Origin: Bdellovibrionota bacterium
Lineage (GTDB): Bacteria > Bdellovibrionota_C > UBA2361 > JBGSMV01
Length of the DNA stretch: 64,000 nt
Assembly: GCA_041739995.1 (NCBI GenBank)
Contig: JBGSMV010000068.1
Location: 1-64,000, forward strand
Direction: 5' to 3'
Position 1 is the first letter of the stretch; the number at the start of each line of letters is the position of its first letter. Below the pieces are notes generated by a model. It searched no databases, was not told the DNA's origin, and saw only the letters and a list, made by a program, of their open reading frames with translations. Position numbers and translations under genes: made by a program. Positions 35,476-45,400 of this stretch are shown in pieces.

Positions 35476-36294
35476 GTGGATGACGATATGGGTAGCGAAA
35501 AAGTGAATGGTGCCATAGGCCAGACCAGCAAAGACAAAGAGCTGCTGGTCTTGAGCAATGTTTCGTTGAGTATCTCCGGACTCGAAATACTGAAAGATAT
35601 TTCGCTTGTAGTAGGAGAGGGCGAGACGGTTGGCATCATTGGACCAAACGGAAGCGGGAAGACCACTCTCTTCAACTGTCTTAGTGGATTTCATCTCGCG
35701 AGCAAGGGAAGCTTAAGCTTTCGAGGAGAGAATATTACTTCTCTAAAACCCTCAGACCGAGCGCGCCGCGGCATCGGGAGAGTGTTTCAAAGTCCAGGAA
35801 TTTTTAGAGAGATGACCGTACTTGAAAACATGGTAACGGCCATTGAGGGGCGCTATCCACTGTTTCGTACCTTTGTTCCTTGGGCAAATATACACTCCAG
35901 CATCAAGGGGGAGGCGATGTCCTTGCTCCGAGAAGTGACTCTTGAATCGAAAGCCCTGCATAAGGCGGCAAGCCTCTCCGGCGGGCAGCTGCGACTTCTC
36001 GAAATTGTGCGCGCACTTGGGTTTGGCGCTGAACTATTATTGCTGGACGAACCTACCGCAGGTGTTTCTCCAAAAATGAAGGAGCAAGTCTCGACCTTAA
36101 TCGAACGCCTGCGCTCAATGGGTAAGACCATTATCGCGATTGAGCATGACATAGAGTTCATTCAACTCTTTTGTGAACGCATCGTCGTGCTAGACAGTGG
36201 GCGAGTAGTCATGGACGGAAGCCCGTCTGAGATACGGAAGAGCAGTCAGCTGCAGGAAATTTATTTCGGCGGCGCGCGGGAGCCTCGTGTTTAG
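35476..36294 (+). CDS. livG: Branched-chain amino acid ABC ATPase (LivG-like)
   Basis: GPNGSGKTT, RARRGIGRVFQ, LLDEPTAG, IEHD. Confidence 0.85.
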   Translation: MDDDMGSEKVNGAIGQTSKDKELLVLSNVSLSISGLEILKDISLVVGEGETVGIIGPNGSGKTTLFNCLSGFHLASKGSLSFRGENITSLKPSDRARRGIGRVFQSPGIFREMTVLENMVTAIEGRYPLFRTFVPWANIHSSIKGEAMSLLREVTLESKALHKAASLSGGQLRLLEIVRALGFGAELLLLDEPTAGVSPKMKEQVSTLIERLRSMGKTIIAIEHDIEFIQLFCERIVVLDSGRVVMDGSPSEIRKSSQLQEIYFGGAREPRV

Positions 36295-36323
36295 ACGGCA
36301 TTTTCCGAAGGGTTCATATGCGC

Positions 36324-37553
36324 TTACGTCGCGCGCGCTTTAAACCAGCTCTCCACATAAGTTGAATCCGCAAGTGCTACTGCGGCGCTGGTCGGCTGCA
36401 AATTCTCAAAATAGGTGTCAAACATCACGGCAAGGCGCGAGCTCATGGTTGCTCGTGATGGAAGCGAGCGTTCCGCGGCTTCTCCATGCGGACTATGAGG
36501 AATTCCACCGGGGTGAAACGTGATTGAGCCCTCCCTAATCACATCACCTCGCGCCTCGTACGATGCATTAGAGAAAAACATGACTTCGTCGCTGTCGACG
36601 TTCAAATGCGCATACGGGACAGGGATGTCTTTCGGGTGCCATCCTTCCATTTGAGGGACAAAGGAACACAGCGAAAATCCATTGTGGGGAACCTGTCCAG
36701 ACTGAAAAGTTTGATGCGCAGGAGGTGCAGTATGAATTGCGCGTGCGATACCATGATGTTCATGAATATCGAATGTAAAGGGATATAGGGAGCCTTCCCA
36801 ACCACACACATCAAAAGGGTGATGAGCCTGAGTGGTCTCTAGAACCTTTCCATTGTGGTGCTTAATAAAGACGCTAAACGATCCGGTCTCGTCTCTGGGG
36901 GCAGGTAGGGTCGGAACCCCGATCTGTGTTTCTGTGACAGGAGCGGTCATGTGCGCCTGGCCAGCTTGATTAAGGTAATGACGCGGCCATTCGATTGGAA
37001 ACTTTGAGTCTATGATAATGGCCCACAGTGAATTCTCTGAGGGAGAGCCTGCTGACAGATCTATTCTGTAAGTAGTGCCCTTTGGTACCACGACATAGTG
37101 ACCCTTGCGAAACGGCAGTTCTCCGAATTCCGAATGAAGTGAGCCATTACCGTCTTGGATAAACCAGAGCTCGTGGTGCTCTCCATTTCTGAAGAACTGC
37201 TGATCGGGGAAACTTTTAGCAGTTTTTAGCAATGAAAATACGGTATCCTTGCCAAAAAGCAGCGGCAGTCGAGCGGTCAGCGCGTTGCCAGTCACACCAA
37301 CGTCTGATGTATGAAACAGGTAGGGCACAAACTGCTCCTGTGCCAGAGCACATGGTTCGCAGTCGAAGGAAAATCCAGCCGGGCGAGGCGTGCACATCAG
37401 TTCAGTAGGGTAGCGCCGAACGTGCATCTTCCTGGTCCAGGGGCCACTAAATCCGAAAGAGCCGTGAATTTCCTCAAGTGCAAGCACACCGGCAAGAAAT
37501 CGAAATTCGGTATGAGGGGTGTCAGGAAGACTGCCGCGACGAATCATTATCAT
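36324..37553 (-). CDS. hmgA: Homogentisate 1,2-dioxygenase
   Basis: EEIHG..GFSG, HHPFDVCGWEG.LYP, HTAPPAHQTF, PYAHLNVDSDE, HPGGIPHSPH. Confidence 0.88.
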   Translation of the reverse strand: MIMIRRGSLPDTPHTEFRFLAGVLALEEIHGSFGFSGPWTRKMHVRRYPTELMCTPRPAGFSFDCEPCALAQEQFVPYLFHTSDVGVTGNALTARLPLLFGKDTVFSLLKTAKSFPDQQFFRNGEHHELWFIQDGNGSLHSEFGELPFRKGHYVVVPKGTTYRIDLSAGSPSENSLWAIIIDSKFPIEWPRHYLNQAGQAHMTAPVTETQIGVPTLPAPRDETGSFSVFIKHHNGKVLETTQAHHPFDVCGWEGSLYPFTFDIHEHHGIARAIHTAPPAHQTFQSGQVPHNGFSLCSFVPQMEGWHPKDIPVPYAHLNVDSDEVMFFSNASYEARGDVIREGSITFHPGGIPHSPHGEAAERSLPSRATMSSRLAVMFDTYFENLQPTSAAVALADSTYVESWFKARAT

Positions 37554-37565
37554 GCGTGATGTTCC

Positions 37566-38696
37566 TTAAGTGGCAGTCTTGCCTTTGGAGAGCTGACTTT
37601 GAGCTTTGGATTGTTCGCGTGCAAGTTTTGCAGATTTCTCAATATTTACCTGGCTCGCTAGGAGTTGATGCTCTGAATCGACCTCCTTGGCTTTAAGGAG
37701 CGGTGCTAAGACCTTCTCTGCTAACTCAGGCTTTCCGGCAACCAGTAAGGTCTGGGTGCGCAGTGTTATCGCCTCGTTAAATTTCTGGTCAGAATTATCG
37801 AGAGAATCCATTATTTTTTCACTCAAGCGGTCAGCTTCTGCAATGGCTGCTCTATCTAGTAGAGGATCTGCTTTGACGGTCAGCGCCCTCACTAACTGCA
37901 TCTGTGCGGTGACATCATCTGGGCGTTGTTGCACTGCGCTTCTGGCGAAACGAACTGCTGCCGCTCGATCGGTTCTCGAAGTGGCAAGCGCTGAAAGCCC
38001 AGATTGTGCCAGTATTGCTGGAGGTGACGCCGCAGACGCCGCTTCGAGTGCCTTGGTAGCTTGGGGCAGTTCGGCCATCCTTGCCAGAGCAACCGCTCGA
38101 AGATAGTGAAGCTCAGAAAGCGGAACAAGCTGGCTACGAGAGAACCAAAGCGCCTCTTTCGCAGAGGTCTCTGCTTCTGCCCAACGTTCAGCAGTAAGCA
38201 AGCATAGTGCTTTGATGAAAAGTATATCCGAACTGCTGGCGCGAACTTTTAGTGCCCGGTCAGCTTGGGTAAGTGCCGTGCTCGAATTCCGCTCCATAAG
38301 TGCGGCTAGAGACTTAAGGGCTCCAACCCACTCTTGATGGGGCGCGCGTGGGGGGACTTTGTCGAGTAGTGCCGTCGCTTGTTCAGGAGAGTTCTCCTTA
38401 AGTGCCAGAAGTGCGGGACGATAAATCGCGGGGAGAGACTCTGATTTGAAAAACTCTAAGGTCTCAACTACGCGCGGTATCGGTAGGTTTATTGGGCTGA
38501 CTGTTGGTGCGGGAGGAACGACAGCTCCATTCGCGAGAGGCTGGGCAAGCCCAACGGGGGGCGCTGCCTCAGCACTAGTCTGGCAGGTCGCAATCTCAGG
38601 ACTCACTGCTGAAAGGCAGACGGAAACTGCAAGGTGCAGCAGAATCGGTGCTGAGCGAGTGCGGTTGCGAAATCGTAGTGTTGAACTTGTACTCAT
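37566..38696 (-). CDS. Exported TPR-repeat protein
   Basis: Signal-like N-terminus, Pro-rich linker, helical TPR-like repeats; ORF open to 38819. Confidence 0.7.
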   Translation of the reverse strand: MSTSSTLRFRNRTRSAPILLHLAVSVCLSAVSPEIATCQTSAEAAPPVGLAQPLANGAVVPPAPTVSPINLPIPRVVETLEFFKSESLPAIYRPALLALKENSPEQATALLDKVPPRAPHQEWVGALKSLAALMERNSSTALTQADRALKVRASSSDILFIKALCLLTAERWAEAETSAKEALWFSRSQLVPLSELHYLRAVALARMAELPQATKALEAASAASPPAILAQSGLSALATSRTDRAAAVRFARSAVQQRPDDVTAQMQLVRALTVKADPLLDRAAIAEADRLSEKIMDSLDNSDQKFNEAITLRTQTLLVAGKPELAEKVLAPLLKAKEVDSEHQLLASQVNIEKSAKLAREQSKAQSQLSKGKTAT

Positions 38697-38793
38697 GAAT
38701 GAAGGGTTTAGCACGTGCTGAGGCCAACGGGGAATTGGGGCGTGTAATGGATGTTTCAGCTCTGTCTTGCTTGCAATCCGCGGGTGGTTTTTG

Positions 38794-38810
38794 TGCAATT
38801 CTCTCGCCGG
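38794..38810 (-). promoter_or_regulatory. Possible sigma54 (-24/-12) promoter for the TPR gene
   Basis: Minus strand CCGGCGAGAGAATTGCA fits GG-N10-GC with TTGCA; lies divergent from a sigma54 activator gene. Confidence 0.3.
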
Positions 38811-39041
38811 ATAGAGCAACTAGTTGAAAACTCCAGAGATTCGAGGCGTACGTTTTTGTAAGTGCATGGGCCGAATTTGAACAACGAAGCATCATAAATA
38901 GCGGAGCCGAGGTGAGCGGAGAGCGTGAGGCTCTATTCGTTTGCCATGGCGTCTTGCTTTGCGCTCCGAAGCTATTTTGCTGAGTCCCTGAGTGTGGGGC
39001 TTTCAGAGCAGCTGGTTTCTGCTACATGACCATGGAAGGCC

Positions 39042-40658
39042 ATGAGTAATGGGGGTTTTATAGTGTCGCAATCAGATCCAACACGTTCTACCAACAATTC
39101 TTCATTGAGAGCTGCTGATTCTTCAGGAGCCTCTCCCTCGGGGGGGACGTTGTCAAAACCTACCGGTGACCGTTCTAGAGACGGCAAAAAGCGCGTGTTG
39201 GTGGTCGACGATGAAGCTGCCATTCGTGACTCTCTAAAGCTGCTGCTGCGTTCTGAGTTCGAAGTAGTGACTGCCGAAGACGGCAAAGCGGCACTTGAAG
39301 CGCTCGATTCTTTCTCTCCCGACCTGGTGTTACTCGATGTGCTCATGCCCAATCTCGATGGGCTTCAGACTTTGCGTGAGCTCAGAGAGAAGAGTTCTGT
39401 TTTACCTGTAGTAATGCTCACCGCCACCAATACTGTAAAAACTGCCGTGCAGGCCATGAAGCTTGGCGCCGTGGATTATCTGAGTAAACCTTTTGACGTT
39501 GAAGAGCTTACCGCTACCATAATACGTGCGCTCGATCAGGAAATGGTCGATCCTGACACCGGCGACGCAGTGCCTTTGCGTGAGACGGCGGTGGTCGAAG
39601 GCGATTTTGGTCCCATGATCGGTCGAAGTGCGCTGATGCAAGAGGTGTTCAAGAAAGTGGAGCAGGTTGCTCAGCGCGATGCCACTGTTCTCATTACTGG
39701 CGAATCTGGTACCGGCAAAGAACTTATCGCGCGCAGAATTCATGAACTTAGTCCCAGAAAGAATGGTCCGTTCATTGCCATCAACTGCGCGGCGATTCCA
39801 GAGACATTGATTGAATCCGAGCTTTTTGGACACGAAAAGGGAGCATTTACACACGCAGTGGAGCGTCGACTTGGACATTGCGAGCTCGCTGACGGAGGCA
39901 CTCTGTTTCTCGATGAGATTGGCGAGCTCGGTCTGCAAGTACAAGTAAAAATGCTTCGCTTTCTTCAAGAGCAAGAATTCTACCGAGTGGGTCGCTCAAA
40001 GCCGGTGCGCGTCAACGTGAGAATCATCACCGCGACGAACAAGGTGCTCGAGGACATGGTAGGTCAAGGATCTTTCCGGCAAGATCTCTTCTACAGAATA
40101 AATGTTATCAATATCGGAATGCCGCCGCTTAGAGATCGCTTTGAGGACATCGGGTCACTCTGCGACTACTTCGTCAAGAAGCTTAAGCCCGTGTATGGCG
40201 CAAGAGAGCTCTCCTTTGCGGACGATGCCATGCGAGCGCTGGTCACGTATGCGTGGCCAGGAAACGTGAGGGAACTTGAAAACGTCATCGAGAGTCTAAT
40301 GGCACTTAGTGTTAATGACGTGGTCAGTGAAGATGATTTGCCGCGCAAAGTGCTGTCGCGCGAGAGTCGTTCGGTCCTGGGTCCTGACGCTCTGAAGCCT
40401 AAGTTGAACCAGAACATGAGTTTTGAAGATGCCGAGCGCGTCTTCGAAACCGAGATGATTCTAAAGGCGTTGAAGAAAACGAATTTCATTCAAACCAGGG
40501 CCGCCGAGTTGCTGGGTATTAGCCGACGAATTCTTAAGTATAAGATGGACAAACTAGGCATTTCGGAAAAGGGCGAGAGCGAGGTTCCCTCCGACCAGCT
40601 AGCGGGAGCCGAGCCGGAAGTCAGCACTAAGGCGCTTAGCGAGAAGGATATTCAGTAA
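39042..40658 (+). CDS. Sigma54-dependent response regulator (NtrC/AtoC family)
   Basis: REC (VVDDE, LLDVLMP, SKPF), AAA (GESGTGKE, ELFGHEKGAFTHA, FLDEIGE, WPGNVRELEN), Fis-type HTH. Confidence 0.95.
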   Translation: MSNGGFIVSQSDPTRSTNNSSLRAADSSGASPSGGTLSKPTGDRSRDGKKRVLVVDDEAAIRDSLKLLLRSEFEVVTAEDGKAALEALDSFSPDLVLLDVLMPNLDGLQTLRELREKSSVLPVVMLTATNTVKTAVQAMKLGAVDYLSKPFDVEELTATIIRALDQEMVDPDTGDAVPLRETAVVEGDFGPMIGRSALMQEVFKKVEQVAQRDATVLITGESGTGKELIARRIHELSPRKNGPFIAINCAAIPETLIESELFGHEKGAFTHAVERRLGHCELADGGTLFLDEIGELGLQVQVKMLRFLQEQEFYRVGRSKPVRVNVRIITATNKVLEDMVGQGSFRQDLFYRINVINIGMPPLRDRFEDIGSLCDYFVKKLKPVYGARELSFADDAMRALVTYAWPGNVRELENVIESLMALSVNDVVSEDDLPRKVLSRESRSVLGPDALKPKLNQNMSFEDAERVFETEMILKALKKTNFIQTRAAELLGISRRILKYKMDKLGISEKGESEVPSDQLAGAEPEVSTKALSEKDIQ

Positions 40659-40678
40659 CCGCAACTTTACAGTCTCCC

Positions 40679-41752
40679 TTGGGATTTTTCTCATTCGACC
40701 AGCTGCAAAGCGTGCTCTCTCGCGCCGCGCCGTTGCAGGTTGAGCCGGCGCCGTGCGATACCATGGCCTCTATGGATGAGGCCTCATTTCTAAAAGCAGT
40801 GCTACCGCCTGATGCCTTGGCGTCCGGTGAGGCGAGCTGCTCGGACATTGAAGTTGGGCGAGGGGATGATGCTGCGGTGGTTCGTATTGGTGGCCAGTCT
40901 ACGCTGCTCACCACCGATTCATGCATTGAAGGCAAACATTTCTCACTTGAATATTTCACTCCAGAACAAATAGGAGCGAAGGCGGTGGAAGCCGCGTGCT
41001 CGGATGTAGTGGCGATGGGAGGTTATCCAAAGTACCTACTCTGGAGCCTAAGCTTTGGTCAGGAGCGATCCTTAGATTTCTATCAAGCGCTCGCTCGCGG
41101 CGTGCTCTCTTCGTGCAAGCGCATGCGAGCATCGTTAGTAGGTGGCAATGTCACCCAAGGTGCAAGCGCGCTTGAGCTTACCATTGCGGTGGTCGGAGCT
41201 TTGCCGCCAGGGCGTTCGGCAGTGACACGAGCGGGTGCCAAGGTGGGAGACGTCATCATGGTTACCGGCATGCTTGGAGCCTCTCGAGCAGGCATGGAGG
41301 CGCTGCATTCTAAGACTCACGGATTTGACCAGCTGAAGCGTGCCCATCTTGAGCCACGCTGTCGCTTTGACTTAATAGATAAGGTCGGAGCGCACGCGAG
41401 CAGCATGATTGATATTTCAGACGGACTTTCTTCGGAACTTTGTCACTTGAGTGAAGCTTCTGGGGTAAGCCTGGCCATAAATGCACAGAAGCTTCCTGTC
41501 CACCCTGAGGTGCGAGGTTTCGCCGCTCAGAAAGGTAAAGAGCCGTGGTGGTACGCACTACACAGCGGCGAAGAATACCAACTTCTGTCCACGGTTCCTG
41601 CCGCTTTGGTGCCGAACATTCCAGCGACAGCTATTGGAGTAGTGGAGGAGGGCGAGGGAGTTTGGCTAGAGGCCGGAGACGGGAGTCGCGCAAAGCTGCA
41701 GTCTGGTGGCTATGATCATCTCAGTCGGGGAGCCGGCACTTCCTTGGGTTAG
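40679..41752 (+). CDS. thiL: Thiamine-monophosphate kinase
   Basis: GDDAAV, TTD..IEG.HF, SDVVAMGG, MIDISDGL, GEEYQLL, GYDH; start may be further downstream. Confidence 0.93.
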   Translation: MGFFSFDQLQSVLSRAAPLQVEPAPCDTMASMDEASFLKAVLPPDALASGEASCSDIEVGRGDDAAVVRIGGQSTLLTTDSCIEGKHFSLEYFTPEQIGAKAVEAACSDVVAMGGYPKYLLWSLSFGQERSLDFYQALARGVLSSCKRMRASLVGGNVTQGASALELTIAVVGALPPGRSAVTRAGAKVGDVIMVTGMLGASRAGMEALHSKTHGFDQLKRAHLEPRCRFDLIDKVGAHASSMIDISDGLSSELCHLSEASGVSLAINAQKLPVHPEVRGFAAQKGKEPWWYALHSGEEYQLLSTVPAALVPNIPATAIGVVEEGEGVWLEAGDGSRAKLQSGGYDHLSRGAGTSLG

Positions 41753-41968
41753 GGGGCGGGCGACGGTGCTTCGATGGTTAGCCCGTAGGCGCTGTATAGA
41801 GCCAGTTCGTAGCTAGTTATCCACGGACGGATGGGTAATTCATTGAAATGGTTAGCGCTCCTGGTCAAGTGGGAGTCAAGGTCAGTGGACCGTCAAGAAT
41901 GTGAGTAGCGCGAGGGTTTCGGCTATCCTGCCTAACTCTGTGTCATTTCCATCGTGTAGTTTTCGTTC

Positions 41969-42646
41969 ATGAACATCGAGCCTTCCCACGGAACAAATAA
42001 AGAATCACGATTTGCCCCTCGCCCTGCGGCGGCTGAGCGTGCCTCCGTTCAACGAAGTTGCCCGGCGAGTGGTGAGCGTGCTTCGGTTGATTTGGGCTGT
42101 GATACAGTCTCTTCGTTGATGAAAGCAGGTCCGGTACCAGAATGGGCAAAGGCTCATCTGATGTTTTTCATTAAGAATCCAGATCCGCATAGTTCGTTCG
42201 CGAGGGTAGCGCGCTGCATTAATTGGCTCCCCTCACGAGTGATACTTCCTGGCATGCGAGCGATGGGATACGACGGACTGCTCTGTCGGCGTGATTCGCG
42301 TGTGGTTGGCCACCTATTTTTTCAGCAACATCAAGACTGTCTTCACATGTTCTCTGTTTGGGTGGCGCCAGAACTTCAAGGGCGGGGTTTGGGTAAGACG
42401 TTGGTCTCTACGTTTGTTGAGTGGGCTCGTCTCCGTCCTGAGATCTCCTCGGTTCGTCTCGGTGCGGGTGGGGAGGGCAAGGTTCGTGCAATTGTGGATA
42501 AGCTCAGGGGCGACTCGGAGGGCTCGGGCGTTTGCGTTAACGAAAAACAGTTCGTCCACTTTTCTGATCGACTAAGTCGGCCTAGCGAGTTAACGGTCGG
42601 ATCAATCCGAACGGTGTGCCTACGTTCACCCGTAAAGTGGCCCTAA
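41969..42646 (+). CDS. GNAT family N-acetyltransferase
   Basis: Motif A VWVAPELQGRGLGKTL. Confidence 0.75.
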   Translation: MNIEPSHGTNKESRFAPRPAAAERASVQRSCPASGERASVDLGCDTVSSLMKAGPVPEWAKAHLMFFIKNPDPHSSFARVARCINWLPSRVILPGMRAMGYDGLLCRRDSRVVGHLFFQQHQDCLHMFSVWVAPELQGRGLGKTLVSTFVEWARLRPEISSVRLGAGGEGKVRAIVDKLRGDSEGSGVCVNEKQFVHFSDRLSRPSELTVGSIRTVCLRSPVKWP

Positions 42647-42688
42647 ACATTTTTTTCAGAAGCCGTAAAGAATTTTGGAGGTACTCAC

Positions 42689-43261
42689 ATGGTTTCAGCT
42701 CAACCAGATCCTAACAGCTCCTTTAGGCGTGTTACGCGCAAGATGGGTGAAGTTCAGACACAATCGGGAGATCCCATTGAAGTCTTCGCAACGAGTATCG
42801 AGAACCCAGAAGCGCTTGATAGAGATAAGCCGGCTAACTTGGTCGATTTCCGAACCAACCCTAACGTACCTAGTTGGATGAAGAATCAGGGAGATCCAAG
42901 CAGCAGATGGCAAATGCTTGCTGCCCTGCTCGGTATAGAAGTCGGGTATTCAAAGGAGTTCATCAACTGGAAGCTGTGGGGCATTAGTCCTCGAACAAGT
43001 GAGGAACTTCGAGCAGGATTCTCTAAATCAGATCCTGGGTATCTTTCGGACTATGGGAAGCTTGGCATCGCTGCCAAGACACAAGCCGACGGCCGCGGTC
43101 TTGAGGGGGAAGAGAGGTTGTTGTTCTGTCTTCAATTTATTAGTGATCGGGTCGAAGCGACACCTTTTCCTGAGCTTGGGCTTTTTGGGGCATGGCTTTC
43201 GGGGGCAAAGATTGAATCACAGCGGGTTAAACAGGTTGTCCGTGAGGCAATGACGACGTGA
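42689..43261 (+). CDS. Hypothetical protein
   Basis: Strong GGAGGT RBS, 190 aa, no motif recognised. Confidence 0.65.
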   Translation: MVSAQPDPNSSFRRVTRKMGEVQTQSGDPIEVFATSIENPEALDRDKPANLVDFRTNPNVPSWMKNQGDPSSRWQMLAALLGIEVGYSKEFINWKLWGISPRTSEELRAGFSKSDPGYLSDYGKLGIAAKTQADGRGLEGEERLLFCLQFISDRVEATPFPELGLFGAWLSGAKIESQRVKQVVREAMTT

Positions 43262-43335
43262 GCTCACGGAGGTGGACAGTTGAAGGTTGCCTGACCCGCC
43301 TTGCTTAAACCGATATACTGCAAGCAGAAATTTCC

Positions 43336-43731
43336 ATGACCGGCGAGATCGATCTTCAAAAATTGCTGAATTCAATGGAGCCCGTTCTTCGCGAGCATGA
43401 GTTCGTATTCTGCTCAGTTTCCCCGGAAGTGGCTGCCGAGCTCACGTTAGAGGTGGTGTGTCGATTCCACGAGGCTGAAGGAATTACATTAATTGTCCTG
43501 CGGTCGGAAGCTGAGCGCTGTGGTTTATCGTTCAGCTACCCTTGTAAGATGATTACTCTGAACGTTAATTCGAGTCTTGAAGCAGTAGGTTTTTTAGCGG
43601 CCATTACCACGAAATTGGCGGCAGCGGGTATAAGCGTTAATCCAGTGTCGGCCTATTATCACGATCATCTCTTTGTGCCGGCCGAAAAGGCGAGTCAAGT
43701 TATGGCTTTGCTGGGTGAATGGGCTCAATAA
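43336..43731 (+). CDS. ACT-domain protein (DUF2241-like)
   Basis: M.GE.DL..LL.SM.P.L, F.EAEG.TLI, SSLEAVGFLAAI..KLA..GIS.N.VSAYYHDHLFV. Confidence 0.9.
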   Translation: MTGEIDLQKLLNSMEPVLREHEFVFCSVSPEVAAELTLEVVCRFHEAEGITLIVLRSEAERCGLSFSYPCKMITLNVNSSLEAVGFLAAITTKLAAAGISVNPVSAYYHDHLFVPAEKASQVMALLGEWAQ

Positions 43732-43887
43732 CTGTGGGACAACAAGCGTCTCGAGCGACACTCAACTTGCTGTTGAACTTTTCGTCATACGCCTGAGCGG
43801 GTATCTCGCAATAGGGGCGAACCTGGACTCAAATCCTCGATTTTCCACTGGCCCCATCAAGTAGTTGGACATTCCTTGAGTTAGTCT

Positions 43888-44439
43888 ATGAACCGAAAGT
43901 ATGACTGGGATGACACATCAAGGGTAGGTGACCTTGCCGTTGAATGCGTCACGGAATTTCTTTCCTCGCCCGCAGCGAATCAGCATTGGTATCCCACTCA
44001 ACTTGTGGAGTCCGTGGAAGATAATCCTGCTTTCCGGGAGCGCGATGTAGACCTATTGGTGGTGGCAAGAGTGGACGGGGAGCTCAGAACGCTCTCGGTT
44101 GAAGTCAAGGGCGATAGAAATGCGCACACCGGCAATTTCTTTTTCGAAACAGTCTCAGATATATCTCGAAAGACAGAAGGGGCTTTTCTCACCACGACCG
44201 CCAAATGGTACTTCTATATTTTCCTTGAGCCGAAGGTGCTTTACCTAATTCCAATGAATGTTGCTCGACCATGGTTTCTGGCAAATTTCGATTCCTATTC
44301 TACGCGAGAGACCAAGAGTGAAAGGTTGGGACGAAAGTGGCGCACCGCGGGGAAATTAGTACCTATTAAGGAGCTGCTCGTTCAGGTCGACGGAGCTAAG
44401 TCTTTCCGAAAAATTGGAAAGGATTGGGTTAGGTATTAG
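43888..44439 (+). CDS. PD-(D/E)XK nuclease-like protein
   Basis: DVDLLV...EVKGD...TGNFFFE...GAF.TT.AKWYFY pattern. Confidence 0.65.
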   Translation: MNRKYDWDDTSRVGDLAVECVTEFLSSPAANQHWYPTQLVESVEDNPAFRERDVDLLVVARVDGELRTLSVEVKGDRNAHTGNFFFETVSDISRKTEGAFLTTTAKWYFYIFLEPKVLYLIPMNVARPWFLANFDSYSTRETKSERLGRKWRTAGKLVPIKELLVQVDGAKSFRKIGKDWVRY

Positions 44440-44510
44440 GGGTGCGACGTCCCAGGTTAACCAAGCTTCGCTCGCCGGACTTAACCGGTCCTAACCTGAT
44501 CGATGAATTG

Positions 44511-44786
44511 TTATCGAATAAGCTGCAACATTGCATCAACGTTATATGGTTGGGTGCAAATGACCTGCTGGTTTATCACTTGACACCGATAGAGCCTTGG
44601 CTTCGTTGGTCGATGAAGGAGTGCCATGAACAGAGTGGATTCGGCGTTTAGCGGAAGGATTTCCACGCTGTCCAATTGTTCAGGTGTATCTTCAACAGAT
44701 GGCGCGAATGCGGGTGCCTGTGCGAATGCAGGCACTGATAGGCTCAGTAGCAGGACGAGCAGCGTGAATAACTTTGACAACCACAT
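44511..44786 (-). CDS. Small secreted protein
   Basis: GAGG RBS, signal peptide (AFA), two Cys. Confidence 0.6.
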   Translation of the reverse strand: MWLSKLFTLLVLLLSLSVPAFAQAPAFAPSVEDTPEQLDSVEILPLNAESTLFMALLHRPTKPRLYRCQVINQQVICTQPYNVDAMLQLIR

Positions 44787-44944
44787 AACAACCTCATGAA
44801 AACAAACTACTATTCCTTATGCGCGTTCGTGGTGGCTTAGTGTGTGAAGGACCAAGCGGGTGCGTGACTCACGCTTGAGATTACCCAGTGGCTAACCCGA
44901 TATCCGAAATGTTCTTTTCTTCAAGGACCAGGTCGCGATTCTCT

Positions 44945-45256
44945 TTAGCTCTTGGCTGAGTCTGAAGAATTACTGGCCACAATTTCTGAAATTAATCCTT
45001 CCATGTTCTTGAGAACTACAGACGAGCACTCTTCGGATTGATTCGCTTTAAGCCAAGCCAACTGGATTTTTAGCTCGGCAGTGGTTTCACTAGAAATTTC
45101 GTTTCCGGTTACGAAATCATGTCCGGTTGATATGAAATTGGCTTGTGCGGCATCGCAGGGCGACTCTTGGTCGGCGAGCGCTACGTTAGAGAAGACTGAA
45201 AGGGTTAGTGCCAAAGTGGCGCCAAGAGAGAGCAGTCTAAGAGAATTTCGTATCAT
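44945..45256 (-). CDS. Small secreted protein
   Basis: GAGG RBS, signal peptide (ALA), two Cys. Confidence 0.65.
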   Translation of the reverse strand: MIRNSLRLLSLGATLALTLSVFSNVALADQESPCDAAQANFISTGHDFVTGNEISSETTAELKIQLAWLKANQSEECSSVVLKNMEGLISEIVASNSSDSAKS

Positions 45257-45400
45257 AAATGCCTCAACAACCTTCAGCCGTTACTGACACACTAGTCCGC
45301 ACAGAGGAGAACTTGCTTCAGGAAAGAATCTCCAGCCGCACCCCTTCCATCTAATAGTCACGGGAATTTAACCAAAAATAACCAACTTTTGAGCTAAGTC

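Noticed and set aside
43888..44439. Complete restriction-modification system
   Set aside because: No methyltransferase or specificity subunit is present in the window.
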